Shown piece by piece: positions 41,090-50,946 of a stretch of 64,000 bases of DNA. The stretch is taken from assembly GCA_001002415.1 (NCBI GenBank), contig LCMB01000001.1, forward strand, positions 33,999-97,998, written 5' to 3'. The translations under genes and the position numbers were made by a program. Below the pieces are notes generated by a model, which did not search any database, was not told the DNA's origin, and was given only the letters and a program-made list of their open reading frames with translations. Source of the DNA: Microgenomates group bacterium GW2011_GWF2_46_18 (GTDB lineage Bacteria > Patescibacteriota > Microgenomatia > UBA1400 > UBA12108). The first letter of the stretch is position 1. Every line of letters begins with the position of its first letter.

Positions 41090-42736
41090 TTAGCTTTCAA
41101 TAATAATCGGAATTACCAAGGGGTTTTTGCCGATTTTTGCCACAAATAAACGGCTAACCTCTTTGGCAATTCTATCCTTACTATACAACTTATCTCTGGT
41201 AATGTCGTCAGGCCTGAGGATAGTAAGTAATTGTCCCTTGATGTCAGACAAAATATCGTTACCAACGGGCGGGGTCAAGCCCTTGGGGATAAGATCTAGG
41301 TCAAGGGTGTGCTGGCGAATGGTGATGGCCGCAATGACTACCCCCTCTTGATACATGAGTTTGCGATCAGTTAGCGGAGCGTCAGAGCGGAAGATTTGGC
41401 CGGACTCAACGTAGACACTTTTGATATCGAGTTTTTCGCCGTAGTGAACGATACCGGTTGGTTCGAGCACAATCACTTGATTTTCGGGCATTAAGATATG
41501 ATCGGAGGCTAACCCCATTTTGGCGGCAAGTTTGCCGTATTGAATCATGTGCCGATAAGTACCACCGGTCGGAAGAACATATTTGGGTTTGGTCATAGCA
41601 ATGAGCATCATGAGCTCGCTACTGCTGGCATGACCAGAAACATGGAGATCGTCGGCGATATCATAATAGATGACTTCCAATTGATGAGCACTCAGCATAT
41701 CAACTAAGCGGTAAACATTGGCTTCGTTGCCAGGAATAGGGTCGGAAGAAAAAATGACTTTGTCGCCGGGGTCGAGATGGACGACCTTGTGCTCACCGGT
41801 GGCAATTTTCTCGAGGGAAGAGCCGAGTTGGCCCTGGCTGCCGGCGATAATTAAACACTGTTCGTTTTTGGGAAGCGCGGCAATTTTCCGTTTATCAATC
41901 ACGAGACGGGGAGGGATTTTCAAAAATCCTAGTTCGGCGGCGACTTTGACGTTGCGCTCGATAGAAAAGCCGACAAAGGCGACTTTGCGGTTGTTGCGTT
42001 TGGCCACCCAAAGAGCTTGTTGAATTCGACTGATGTTGCTGCTCATGGTAGTTAGGACAACTCGATTGGATTCATCACGAAATTCGCGTTCCAGAGAGTC
42101 TTCGACACTCGCCTCGGAAAGAGAGTAACCTTTTTTCTCACCGCGCAAACAGTCGGACAGCAAGAGAGTAACCCCTTCCGCACCAGCCCGAGTAATGGAT
42201 TGAATGTCGGGAAGTTCTTGGCCGACCGGGGTCCAGTCAAACTTGAAATCGGAGCCGTGGTAGATATTACCGTAGGGAGTTTTGATCACTAAGTGTTTGG
42301 TATCGGGGACAGAGTGAGTCACGGGAATCATTTTGACTTCAAAAATACCAAGTTGAATAGGTTGGCGGTCACCGACTACATTGATCAAACGAAGATCAAT
42401 ATCAAATTCGCGAAATTTTTCTCGGATGAAACCGGCAGTTAATTTACTCGCATAGATCGGGATCTGCCCGCCTAGTTCGGGAATGATATAGGGGAAGCCG
42501 CCAATGTGATCTTCGTGTCCGTGGGTGACGACGAAGCCGCGGATTTTGCTGATTTTGTCTTTGAGATAGGTGATATCGGGAATAGTTAAATCAACCCCGG
42601 GAACTCCTTCGTCGGGGAAACCCATGCCACAGTCGACGATAAAAATATCGTCAGCAGACTCATAAACATACATGTTATCGTGGACGTTGGGCATGCCCCC
42701 CAAGGGGACAATGCGGATGGGGTAGTTGTAAGACAT
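41090..42736 (-). CDS. rnj: Ribonuclease J
   Basis: THGHEDHIG, THSVPD, DFKFD, HVSGHA. Confidence 0.96.
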   Translation of the reverse strand: MSYNYPIRIVPLGGMPNVHDNMYVYESADDIFIVDCGMGFPDEGVPGVDLTIPDITYLKDKISKIRGFVVTHGHEDHIGGFPYIIPELGGQIPIYASKLTAGFIREKFREFDIDLRLINVVGDRQPIQLGIFEVKMIPVTHSVPDTKHLVIKTPYGNIYHGSDFKFDWTPVGQELPDIQSITRAGAEGVTLLLSDCLRGEKKGYSLSEASVEDSLEREFRDESNRVVLTTMSSNISRIQQALWVAKRNNRKVAFVGFSIERNVKVAAELGFLKIPPRLVIDKRKIAALPKNEQCLIIAGSQGQLGSSLEKIATGEHKVVHLDPGDKVIFSSDPIPGNEANVYRLVDMLSAHQLEVIYYDIADDLHVSGHASSSELMMLIAMTKPKYVLPTGGTYRHMIQYGKLAAKMGLASDHILMPENQVIVLEPTGIVHYGEKLDIKSVYVESGQIFRSDAPLTDRKLMYQEGVVIAAITIRQHTLDLDLIPKGLTPPVGNDILSDIKGQLLTILRPDDITRDKLYSKDRIAKEVSRLFVAKIGKNPLVIPIIIES

Positions 42737-42769
42737 AGATTCCTTTCTTAATTATATGACAAAATTGCT

Positions 42770-43435
42770 TTACCAAAAGATCGGGGTTTCCCCATGAGCG
42801 ACTAAGTAAGTATCACAGCGAGAAAAAGGCCGAGAACCAAAGAAGCCATTATGAGCGGATAAGGGAGAGGGATGAGCGGAGCGAATCACCAAGTGACGGG
42901 ATTCGTCGATGACGGCACCTTTTTTCTGAGCATAAGCACCCCAAAGGATAAAAACCAAATTCTGTTTTTGTTGGGAGAGCACGCGAACAACAGCATCGGT
43001 GAATTGCTCCCAACCGAGGTTTTGATGGGAACCGGCTTGATGAGCACGAACAGTTAAGGTTGCGTTTAAAAGCAGAACTCCCTGTTGGGCCCACTTGGTT
43101 AAATCGCCGTCTTTCTGGCTAGGAGGTTTTCCTGTATCAGACTCGATTTCTTTGTAGATGTTTTGCAGGGAGGGAGGGAGTTTGACTCCCTGGTTAACGG
43201 AGAAACAAAGCCCGTTGGCTTGATCCGGCTCGTGATAAGGATCTTGGCCCAAAATAACTACTTTGACTTGATCAAAAGGGGTTAAATCGAACGCGCGAAA
43301 AATAAAGCGAGGAGGAGGATAAATGGTCGCACTTTCATATTCTGATTTAACAAACTTGGTGAGTTTGCGAAAGTAGTCTTTGTCAAATTCTTTTTGAAGA
43401 ACTTTTTCCCAGCTGGGTTCAATTTTTACTTGCAT
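42770..43435 (-). CDS. ung: Uracil-DNA glycosylase family 1
   Basis: GQDPYH, PPSL.NI, GVLLLN, HPSPLS. Confidence 0.98.
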   Translation of the reverse strand: MQVKIEPSWEKVLQKEFDKDYFRKLTKFVKSEYESATIYPPPRFIFRAFDLTPFDQVKVVILGQDPYHEPDQANGLCFSVNQGVKLPPSLQNIYKEIESDTGKPPSQKDGDLTKWAQQGVLLLNATLTVRAHQAGSHQNLGWEQFTDAVVRVLSQQKQNLVFILWGAYAQKKGAVIDESRHLVIRSAHPSPLSAHNGFFGSRPFSRCDTYLVAHGETPIFW

Positions 43436-43436
43436 T

Positions 43437-44473
43437 TTAGGGTTGATATTGTTCGGTTATACTAGTTACCGTTCCGTTGGTAGATTCTATCCAAAATAAG
43501 GTATTAGTCCATTTTTCTGGTTTTTTTTGAAAATCATCCAAAAACTGACTAAAGGTCACTGATTCATTTTTGACTTGACCATCCGTTTCTAACGTATATG
43601 TTTGAAGGGTAACTTTGGGTTCGGCTCCTGGAACATCTGTATATAACTTTTCTGTTGTTGTGATTGGATTATTTATGCGATATCCATTAGGGGCATTATT
43701 GTCATTAATCCATTCAACATAGTCTATATCTAAAGCATAATTATCGTAGTTGGGTTTGATTGATTTGATATAGCCAATTTTTTTTGTGATATTACTATCT
43801 AAATTCTGTGTTTGAGTAAACTTGAAGGTGGAGAGGATTTGGTCAAAAATGATTTCGTAAGCGGAACCATTTTCGTTGGAAGGATAACTTAGTGCGAAAG
43901 AATAAGTAATTCCATTAACTTTAAATACTCCCAAGGTATTTTTGAGCTGGTCTGTAATTCCTATACCCTGGTTGCCGTTTGAATATGTACGGTGATATTT
44001 GTAAAGTTTTATTCCATCGAGTTCGAAGGGTTCTCCTTCGAGATCCATCCCTAAGCCCCCAATACCAACTAGATTAAATGTCATACTAATTTTTGCTTTT
44101 TCGTGTGTTATTGACCATTGTCATTGTCCCCTGCGTTTTCAATTTTCAAGTCCCATGACGAGGGATACTTAAAAGAGACTTTATGTTCATTGTTAATGTA
44201 GGTTTGCCAGTCGGCGGTGGGATCAGTCGGTGCCATGGCTATGGCAGACGCAGTCGGTGAGGGAGAGGCAGTAAGCTGGGATTGGAGGGTGCGATTTTGC
44301 CAGAAGAGGTAACCGGAAATGCCGAGAAAAATTAGAAATATGGGTAAAAGAAGCCATGGACTGAGTGAGCGAGAGGGTGCTGGAAGAGGACTATCGGGGA
44401 CAGGGGCGGGCTGGGGAGGTAGGGACGATTCGAGATTGGGGCTGGGTGCAAGTTGATGAGAATTGATTTCCAT
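43437..44473 (-). pseudogene. Frameshift-split single-TM surface protein with a PsbP-like domain (ORFs 44108-44473 and 43437-44084)
   Basis: Upstream ORF has a TM and DPTADWQTY...FKYPSSW; downstream frame carries FDQILSTFKF and is open back across the first ORF's stop; the two frames are offset. Confidence 0.6.
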
Positions 44474-44485
44474 AATTCCTTTCGG

Positions 44486-45547
44486 CTAGTAAGCTTTCAT
44501 GTATTGTTTGTAGTTGGCCATGTCGATTTTGACTGTTTGGGCCTTGCCTTCAACAACTTCCCTGGCCACGCGGCGAGTTAGGGCGTTGATGGTCCGCTCG
44601 AGGGTGCGGATCCCAGCATCATAACCAAGAGGTCGGGTAACTACCGGCCAAACGGCAGGGTCGATAGTGAGTTGGGAGGCTAAAAGGCCAGCGTCTTTGA
44701 GGGCTTTGGGAAGGAGAAAATCTTGGGAAATATGAGTTTTCTCTTCGTCGGTATAAGAGGGCATTTGAATGATTTCGAGGCGGTCGAGGACGGCGGTTGC
44801 CACATTGGTAGTATTGTTGGCGGTCGCCACAAAAAGAACTTGCGAGAGATCAAGTGGATAGTCAAGGTAATGGTCCAGGAAGCGATTGTTTTGGGTGGGG
44901 TCCAAAAGTTCGACTAGGACACCCATAATATCGGCGCGTTCTTCGACTCCGACCCGATCAATTTCATCGAGGAGAATAATGGGGTTCATACTCCCAGCAT
45001 CACGAATGGCTTTGACAATGGCACCAGGCTCAGCTTCGGCGAAGAGACGGGATTTGCCGCGCAAATCGCGAGCGCTCCCCAAGCCACCAAAGGGAATACG
45101 GGCCAATTTTCTCCCAAGAGTATTGGCAAGACTGTAGGCAAAAGTGGTTTTGCCGGTACCAACCAGACCGACGAGGAAAATGGCGGGAGCGCGGGGAGAG
45201 GTTTCACCACCTTGGCTTGCGCGCAGTTTGAGAGTAGCTAAGTATTCGAGGATTCGGTCTTTGGTTTCGATCATACCGTAGTGAGAAGCGTTCATGGCAG
45301 AAGCGGCCTGAGTAATATCAAGTTTATCTTGGGTGTAAATACCCCAGGGAAGATGGGTAATCCAGTTGATATAGTGGGCACTCCGGTCGTATTCGGCGCT
45401 ATAGACTCCAGTGTCGACCATACGCTCTAGACGGGAAAGCATGTCGAGGGCTTTGACCGACAAATCGGGAGGGAGTTTCGCACCACTAATTTGGGATTTA
45501 AGACTGACTAGTTCGGCAGCAAATTGAGTCGAGTGAGTATCGGGCAT
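44486..45547 (-). CDS. Lon-like AAA+ ATPase lacking the protease domain
   Basis: W...LPW, HYG....KDRILEYLA, G.VGTGKT, LLDEID, ELLDP.QN..F.DHY, ATAN, LDRLE; ends after the AAA lid. Confidence 0.88.
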   Translation of the reverse strand: MPDTHSTQFAAELVSLKSQISGAKLPPDLSVKALDMLSRLERMVDTGVYSAEYDRSAHYINWITHLPWGIYTQDKLDITQAASAMNASHYGMIETKDRILEYLATLKLRASQGGETSPRAPAIFLVGLVGTGKTTFAYSLANTLGRKLARIPFGGLGSARDLRGKSRLFAEAEPGAIVKAIRDAGSMNPIILLDEIDRVGVEERADIMGVLVELLDPTQNNRFLDHYLDYPLDLSQVLFVATANNTTNVATAVLDRLEIIQMPSYTDEEKTHISQDFLLPKALKDAGLLASQLTIDPAVWPVVTRPLGYDAGIRTLERTINALTRRVAREVVEGKAQTVKIDMANYKQYMKAY

Positions 45548-45574
45548 AGATCTATGGTAACACAAGCACTTACC

Positions 45575-47761
45575 TTACCGGCGAGGACGGAAGCCACCGC
45601 GGTCGCCACTGCGCCCGCCAAAACCACCTCGGCGGGGACCACCAAAGTCATTAGAGCGAGGAGGACGAGGAGCATCGGGCTTGAGTTGATCAAGAGGCAC
45701 CATGGAAAGATCAGTCCTGCCCATGTCGTCAACACCTTTGACCCAGACGTGGACAGAGTCACCTTCTTTGACCAAGGATCCGGCGTCTTGTACGTATTCC
45801 GCACTCATGCGAGAAACGTGGACCAGGCCTTGTTTCCCGGGCAAAAATTCGACGAAACAACCATAACCCTCGACTCGGGTGACTTTACCATCGTATTCTT
45901 CACCGGCTTCGGGCACATGAACCATACCTTTAATCCAATTGACGGCTTTGTCCATCCCGACGGGGTCTACTCCACTCACGGTGACTTTACCAACTCCGGT
46001 TGCGTCATCGATGTCAACTTGGACACCACAATCGGCCATGATTTGTTTGATGTGTTTGCCTCCTGGGCCAATCACTTCACCAATTTTGTCATTGGGAATT
46101 TCGAATTGGACAATTTTGGGAGCATACTTACTGAGTTCTTTCCTGGGTTCGGGAATAGCTTTGAGCATGACTTTCATGATTTCCATGCGAGCATCTTTGG
46201 CCTGAGCTAGAGCTTGGGTTAGAACTTCGAAGGAAATACCACTGACTTTAATATCCATTTGGAGGGCGGTAATCCCATCACGGGTTCCAGCCACTTTAAA
46301 GTCCATATCTCCCACATGATCTTCGATTCCGGCGATATCGGTTAAGACCACACTCTTTTTTCCATCGGTCATGAGACCCATGGCGATCCCAGCAACCGGT
46401 TTCTTGAGGGGAACTCCGGCAGCCATTAAAGCCATACAAGAGCCACAAACGGAAGCCTGACTGGTACTACCGTTGCTACTCATAACTTCAGAAACGACTT
46501 GGATGGTGTAGGGAAAGTCTAGTTCGGAAGGAAGCATGGGGACAATGGCCCGTTCGGCCAAGGCACCGTGACCAATTTCACGGCGACCAGGAGCGCCAAA
46601 GCGACCGGTTTCACCGCTAGCATAAGGAGGCATGGCATAGTGATGAATGTAGTGTTTCACTTTTTCGTCTTCCATAGTCTCTAAGATTTGACCTAAGGAA
46701 GGGGCGCCCAACGTCGCAATAGAAAGTACTTGAGTTTGACCACGCTTGAACATGGCACTCCCGTGGGGGCGAGGCAAGATATCGACCTCGGCCTCTAGTG
46801 GACGAATATCGACAGTTTTGCGGCCATCGATCCGAATGCCAGTATTAATGGTTTTGGCTCGAGTTTCCTCGCCCAAAACATCGTGAATAATCTCCCCTAA
46901 TTGGCGAGAGTCCAGTTGTTCGGCGTAACTATCTTCCAGGGCGGCCACAAAATCTTCGACTAAGCCGTCTTCACAGCCGGGGACACCAAGGCGCTTGGCA
47001 ATGTCGGGGCGAACTTTGTTGGTGATCTCAGCTTTAAGCGCGGCGGGAATAATTTCCACGGTAGGAAATTCGAGTTTGGGTTTGCCGATTTTCTCCCGAA
47101 AATCTTCGATCACGGTGACAATTTTTTTGATTTCACCGTGGGCAAATTCTAGGGCTTTGAGCATATCCTCTTCACTAACTTCGTTAGCTCCAGCTTCGAC
47201 CATAACAATGGCTTCTTTGCTACCAGAAACTATTAGGTCGAGGGAAGAAGTAGCGCGTTGTTCGTAGGTCGGGTTGGCAACAAAAGCTCCCTCGATCATC
47301 CCAACACGAATGCCGGCGATAGGACCATCCCAGGGAATATTACTAACGTGGAGAGCGGAAGAAGTGCCGACCAAGCCAAGCATGTCGGCATCGTTAGCAC
47401 CATCGGCAGAGAGAACAGTAGCAATAATTTGAACGTCGCGTTTGACGTTTTTGGGGAAGAGCGGGCGAATTGAGCGGTCAATAATCCGGCCTTTGAGGAT
47501 GGCTTCATCGGAGGGTCGGCCATCACGCTTGACCCAGCGACTGCCCTTGATTTTGCCACCAGCGTAGAGCTTTTCGGCAAAGTCGACAGAGAGAGGGAAA
47601 TAGGACAAAGTGGTATCACTTTTACCCATTACTGCAGTTACGTGGACGACGGTATCGCCGTAACTAACGAGAATGGCGGCATTGGCTTGTTCGGAAAAAC
47701 GACCGTATTCGAGGGTAAGGTCTTTGCCACCGATGGCGGCTTTTACTTTGGTTGATGACAT
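45575..47761 (-). CDS. pnp: Polyribonucleotide nucleotidyltransferase
   Basis: RREIGHG.LA, SNGSTS.ASVC, GDMDFKVAG, KH and S1 domains. Confidence 0.99.
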   Translation of the reverse strand: MSSTKVKAAIGGKDLTLEYGRFSEQANAAILVSYGDTVVHVTAVMGKSDTTLSYFPLSVDFAEKLYAGGKIKGSRWVKRDGRPSDEAILKGRIIDRSIRPLFPKNVKRDVQIIATVLSADGANDADMLGLVGTSSALHVSNIPWDGPIAGIRVGMIEGAFVANPTYEQRATSSLDLIVSGSKEAIVMVEAGANEVSEEDMLKALEFAHGEIKKIVTVIEDFREKIGKPKLEFPTVEIIPAALKAEITNKVRPDIAKRLGVPGCEDGLVEDFVAALEDSYAEQLDSRQLGEIIHDVLGEETRAKTINTGIRIDGRKTVDIRPLEAEVDILPRPHGSAMFKRGQTQVLSIATLGAPSLGQILETMEDEKVKHYIHHYAMPPYASGETGRFGAPGRREIGHGALAERAIVPMLPSELDFPYTIQVVSEVMSSNGSTSQASVCGSCMALMAAGVPLKKPVAGIAMGLMTDGKKSVVLTDIAGIEDHVGDMDFKVAGTRDGITALQMDIKVSGISFEVLTQALAQAKDARMEIMKVMLKAIPEPRKELSKYAPKIVQFEIPNDKIGEVIGPGGKHIKQIMADCGVQVDIDDATGVGKVTVSGVDPVGMDKAVNWIKGMVHVPEAGEEYDGKVTRVEGYGCFVEFLPGKQGLVHVSRMSAEYVQDAGSLVKEGDSVHVWVKGVDDMGRTDLSMVPLDQLKPDAPRPPRSNDFGGPRRGGFGGRSGDRGGFRPRR

Positions 47762-47780
47762 GAGATTTTAGACAGGAACT

Positions 47781-48047
47781 CTATTTCACGAGGTTTAAAG
47801 TCTTGACTAGGGTACGATAACGGTCTTCGACGTTGGTTCTTAAATAATTTAAGAGCCGACGGCGCTTGCTGACCATTTTTAGTAACCCGCGGCGAGAATG
47901 ATTGTCCTTCTTGTGAACCTTCAAGTGCTCGGTAAGCTCCTTGATGCGCTCAGTGAGAAGTGCAATCTGCACCTCGGGAGATCCAGTGTCTCCTTTCGTT
48001 GTTGCAAATTTTTTAATAATTTTACTTTTGTCGTCGATTTTTAGCAT
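47781..48047 (-). CDS. rpsO: 30S ribosomal protein S15
   Basis: [23 protein letters not shown]. Confidence 0.99.
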   Translation of the reverse strand: MLKIDDKSKIIKKFATTKGDTGSPEVQIALLTERIKELTEHLKVHKKDNHSRRGLLKMVSKRRRLLNYLRTNVEDRYRTLVKTLNLVK

Positions 48048-48099
48048 AGCTAGAGGTGGATTATAGCGGATACGAGGGAATCTGACAATGGGAAAGTTC

Positions 48100-50049
48100 T
48101 TACAGGGTTGTGGGGGATGGATAGGCGGAAATGAGTGGAACAGGAATGGGAGTGGGGGTTGGAGTAGGAGTTAGTTTGGGAGTGGGGGTTGGAGTAGGTT
48201 TTGGAGTGGGAGTTGGCAGAGTAGTAAGTTTGTATTGAAAGTAACCATTGCAGTTCAGCCATTCAGAACGAGCATAACGAGGGGCACATTTGCCGTCAGG
48301 ACTTTTGGTACCAGTAGAGAAAGTAACAGCACTTTCACTTTGAAAAACTTTGCCGTCAATGGTTATTAAATTAACCCGTAAATCTCGTTTGCTAAAATCG
48401 TTGGTAAAGGCGACTTGAAGTTTGTCGGTAGGCAAAATTTTTGTAGGGTGAGTGTAGGTAAATTTTTGAAAAGTGCGAAGAAATGGATTACCACGAACGT
48501 TTTTCCATTGCATGACTGTGCGACCATTAATCCGTAAGGCCATGGTGGGATAAAGGTCAGCATATTTGGTCCCAGCGGCGAGAATAGTAATCGTACTTTT
48601 CTGGGTGGTGAGAGAACAATCTTTGGGACATGATATGGGAGTTTCGGGACAAGGACAGCCGGTGCCGAGACAAACAATTTCTTCACAGGTACCATTGCCA
48701 CAGGTGTTCTTGCAGATAATCGAAGGACTCGGTGAGGGGAAAGTTGAGGGAATGGGTGGAAGAGAAGGTTGGGTTTTGAAAGCTAAAAGTTTGAGGTTTT
48801 TGAACACAAGATATCCCTGGTATTTACCTGAAGTGCTGGTTAAGACAAAACGATTAATAAACCTAGGTTCACCATACCAACCCATGCCGTTACGATGATC
48901 ATAGTAGATCCAATCACCGGGAGTTTTGCCATCGTAGGTACGGATTTGAGAAACACCCCATTGTTTGAGAGTACCATTGGTAGTCGCGACGTCTTCGGCA
49001 TAAAAATAGATATTAAGCCGCATCTCGCGGTCTTTCTCATGCCAGGTCGTTTCGAGGGTGGTGTAGTTGGGATTGCCTGGGTCAGAATGGAGGGTAACTT
49101 GGGTGTTACGACTATCAAAACGGACGCCGTCAGCGACTAAGTAAAAATCATCGGCAGATAGAGACACCTGGGGAGTTTCCCAAGAAACCTGATTGGGGGG
49201 AGAAGTGGGGACGGTTGATTCGACAAAGACTAAACCATCTCCGACAGGGGTTCCGGCGTGGGTTTGCCAATTCATCCCATTAAGATAATCGTTGTTCAGT
49301 TCGTAGCTGGCGATGATGCCGGGTTGCCAAATGGGCTCGCTGGGAATATCAAAATCGTGGGCGTATTTAGGCTGATCATAGATATAAATGTTGTCCAGTT
49401 TACCGAGAAAAACATTGTTGAGAGTAAGATTGTCGATGGGTTGAGAATTGTATCCTCCTAGAGTAAAAACGAGTCTGGAGTGTTTGGGGGAAGTGGAGCT
49501 AGTGGTAGTGGTGGCAATGATTTTCCCGTTAAGGAAAATTTTTACCCCTCGCAAGTCTCTTTGAAAAACTACGTGGTGCCAAGAGTTGGGGGTGACAACA
49601 AAAGGAGTGCGAAGTTCACGAGGACCAGATTCTTCCCAGTACCAACCAACAAGACTGCCCTTACCTTCGTTAAAATCGGCATTGCCCTGAAGGGAAAGTG
49701 AGGTTTGAATCCCACTATTATTACTGGGTTGGGAAAAAATATAGCGATCTTCTGATTGGGATGTGAAAGAATTGGGATAAATCCAAGCTTCAAAGGTAAA
49801 AGAACCGTCGGAAATTAGGGGGGGAAGGATGACGGCAGAGTTTTGATCGGTGATTTCAAGGGCTTGTTTAAATGGTTGGACTCCAGCGATTTCAGCGATT
49901 CGAGCAGGTTGAGAGAAACTGCGGTAGAGATAGACAAAAAGAGTTCCCAAGAGTAGAAGTAGCAGAAGAACAAACCAGGGTGCTTTAAAATTTAACTTGT
50001 GAGATCGGGATTTTTTGAGAAGGCGGCGCTTTTTTGATTTGGCGGGCAT
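48100..50049 (-). CDS. Membrane-anchored surface protein: LamG/ConA-like domain, Cys-rich module, CBM60-like domain, PT-repeat tail
   Basis: FTFEAWI, WHHV, GKLDNI (LamG); CGNGTC...CPKDC; AFTND...RDLRV..I.IDG...SEWL.CNGYFQY. Confidence 0.75.
   Translation of the reverse strand: MPAKSKKRRLLKKSRSHKLNFKAPWFVLLLLLLLGTLFVYLYRSFSQPARIAEIAGVQPFKQALEITDQNSAVILPPLISDGSFTFEAWIYPNSFTSQSEDRYIFSQPSNNSGIQTSLSLQGNADFNEGKGSLVGWYWEESGPRELRTPFVVTPNSWHHVVFQRDLRGVKIFLNGKIIATTTTSSTSPKHSRLVFTLGGYNSQPIDNLTLNNVFLGKLDNIYIYDQPKYAHDFDIPSEPIWQPGIIASYELNNDYLNGMNWQTHAGTPVGDGLVFVESTVPTSPPNQVSWETPQVSLSADDFYLVADGVRFDSRNTQVTLHSDPGNPNYTTLETTWHEKDREMRLNIYFYAEDVATTNGTLKQWGVSQIRTYDGKTPGDWIYYDHRNGMGWYGEPRFINRFVLTSTSGKYQGYLVFKNLKLLAFKTQPSLPPIPSTFPSPSPSIICKNTCGNGTCEEIVCLGTGCPCPETPISCPKDCSLTTQKSTITILAAGTKYADLYPTMALRINGRTVMQWKNVRGNPFLRTFQKFTYTHPTKILPTDKLQVAFTNDFSKRDLRVNLITIDGKVFQSESAVTFSTGTKSPDGKCAPRYARSEWLNCNGYFQYKLTTLPTPTPKPTPTPTPKLTPTPTPTPIPVPLISAYPSPTTL
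48139..48222 (-). repeat. Pro-Thr coding tandem repeat
   Basis: GGAGTGGGGGTTGGAGTAGG-type units encode [27 protein letters not shown]. Confidence 0.75.
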
Positions 50050-50084
50050 GATTTGATGGTAGGAGGTTGAGAGGGAGCTGTCAA
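50050..50084 (-). promoter_or_regulatory. Putative leaderless sigma70 promoter
   Basis: TTGACA-17-TACCAT-6-ATG(50049). Confidence 0.65.
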
Positions 50085-50100
50085 CTAGCAACTGAAAAGG

Positions 50101-50943
50101 TTAGTTAGACTTACTGCCTTTGAAAATTTTGGGCTGGAGCCAGTCCTCTTTGATGGAAGCGGGAGTGGTGTTATCAATAATCGGCATGTCGGCGACAATT
50201 TTGGCTTCACGTACGGGAATGGTCGCAGTTTGGCGGCGAGCGCCAGCGCGATACAGAATAGCGAGAGCTTCGAAGGTGTCAGCTGTTAAGTTGGGAGCAG
50301 AGAGTCCACTGGTGGCTGCCTCGATTCCTTGCATAAGGTTATTGGCAATATCAATATCGAGAGGAAGGGAGAGTTCTTTAATGAGGGCGGTAATTAATTC
50401 GGAATTGCTACTGGCGGGATCGGTCAAATTGACGGCGCCAAAACTACCGACCTGACTACTGATGTTAATAATTTTGTCTTGGACAAACAGAGTATTTTCC
50501 CGCTCGGCCAAAGCGCCGAGATCACGGAGGTCAGAGGCACCAAGGATGATGACAAGATCAGCGACCGCTCCTGAATAAGAAAAAGTCACGTCTTTTTCGG
50601 TTACGGGAGCAACCCCAGTACGAGGATTGATGATCAAGTTGAGATGACCACCTTCGGTGTTACTGGTTACCTTGTCGACCGCGTCTTCGGGAACATTGAG
50701 GGTGATAACCAAGTTATTACCTCCCAAGTCGGTAGTGATTTTGTCGAGGCCAACCAAGTGTGAATCGCGAACGGTCGGGGGAGTACTGGTAACGATGGAG
50801 ACGGCTTTACCAGATTGCTTAAGGGAGAGATACAGGGCTAAACTGGCGGCCACGACGTCTTGACTGGCGACAGCAGGGAAAGTCAAAAGGAGACTACTCG
50901 CTAAATCGAGTTTAGTTTTGAGAGCTGAAAGCTGATCGTTCAT
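50101..50943 (-). CDS. Degenerate DHH/NrnA-like protein
   Basis: D.VAA.LAL...L...GK, DL.I.LG, S.SEL scaffold and infB-adjacent position, but no DxD or DHH motif. Confidence 0.7.
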   Translation of the reverse strand: MNDQLSALKTKLDLASSLLLTFPAVASQDVVAASLALYLSLKQSGKAVSIVTSTPPTVRDSHLVGLDKITTDLGGNNLVITLNVPEDAVDKVTSNTEGGHLNLIINPRTGVAPVTEKDVTFSYSGAVADLVIILGASDLRDLGALAERENTLFVQDKIINISSQVGSFGAVNLTDPASSNSELITALIKELSLPLDIDIANNLMQGIEAATSGLSAPNLTADTFEALAILYRAGARRQTATIPVREAKIVADMPIIDNTTPASIKEDWLQPKIFKGSKSN

Positions 50944-50946
50944 AGG

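Noticed and set aside
48139..48222. Tandem repeats as a possible CRISPR array or DNA-level repeat (also 55405-55525)
   Set aside because: They encode Pro/Thr/Ser linkers in frame; no spacers and no cas genes
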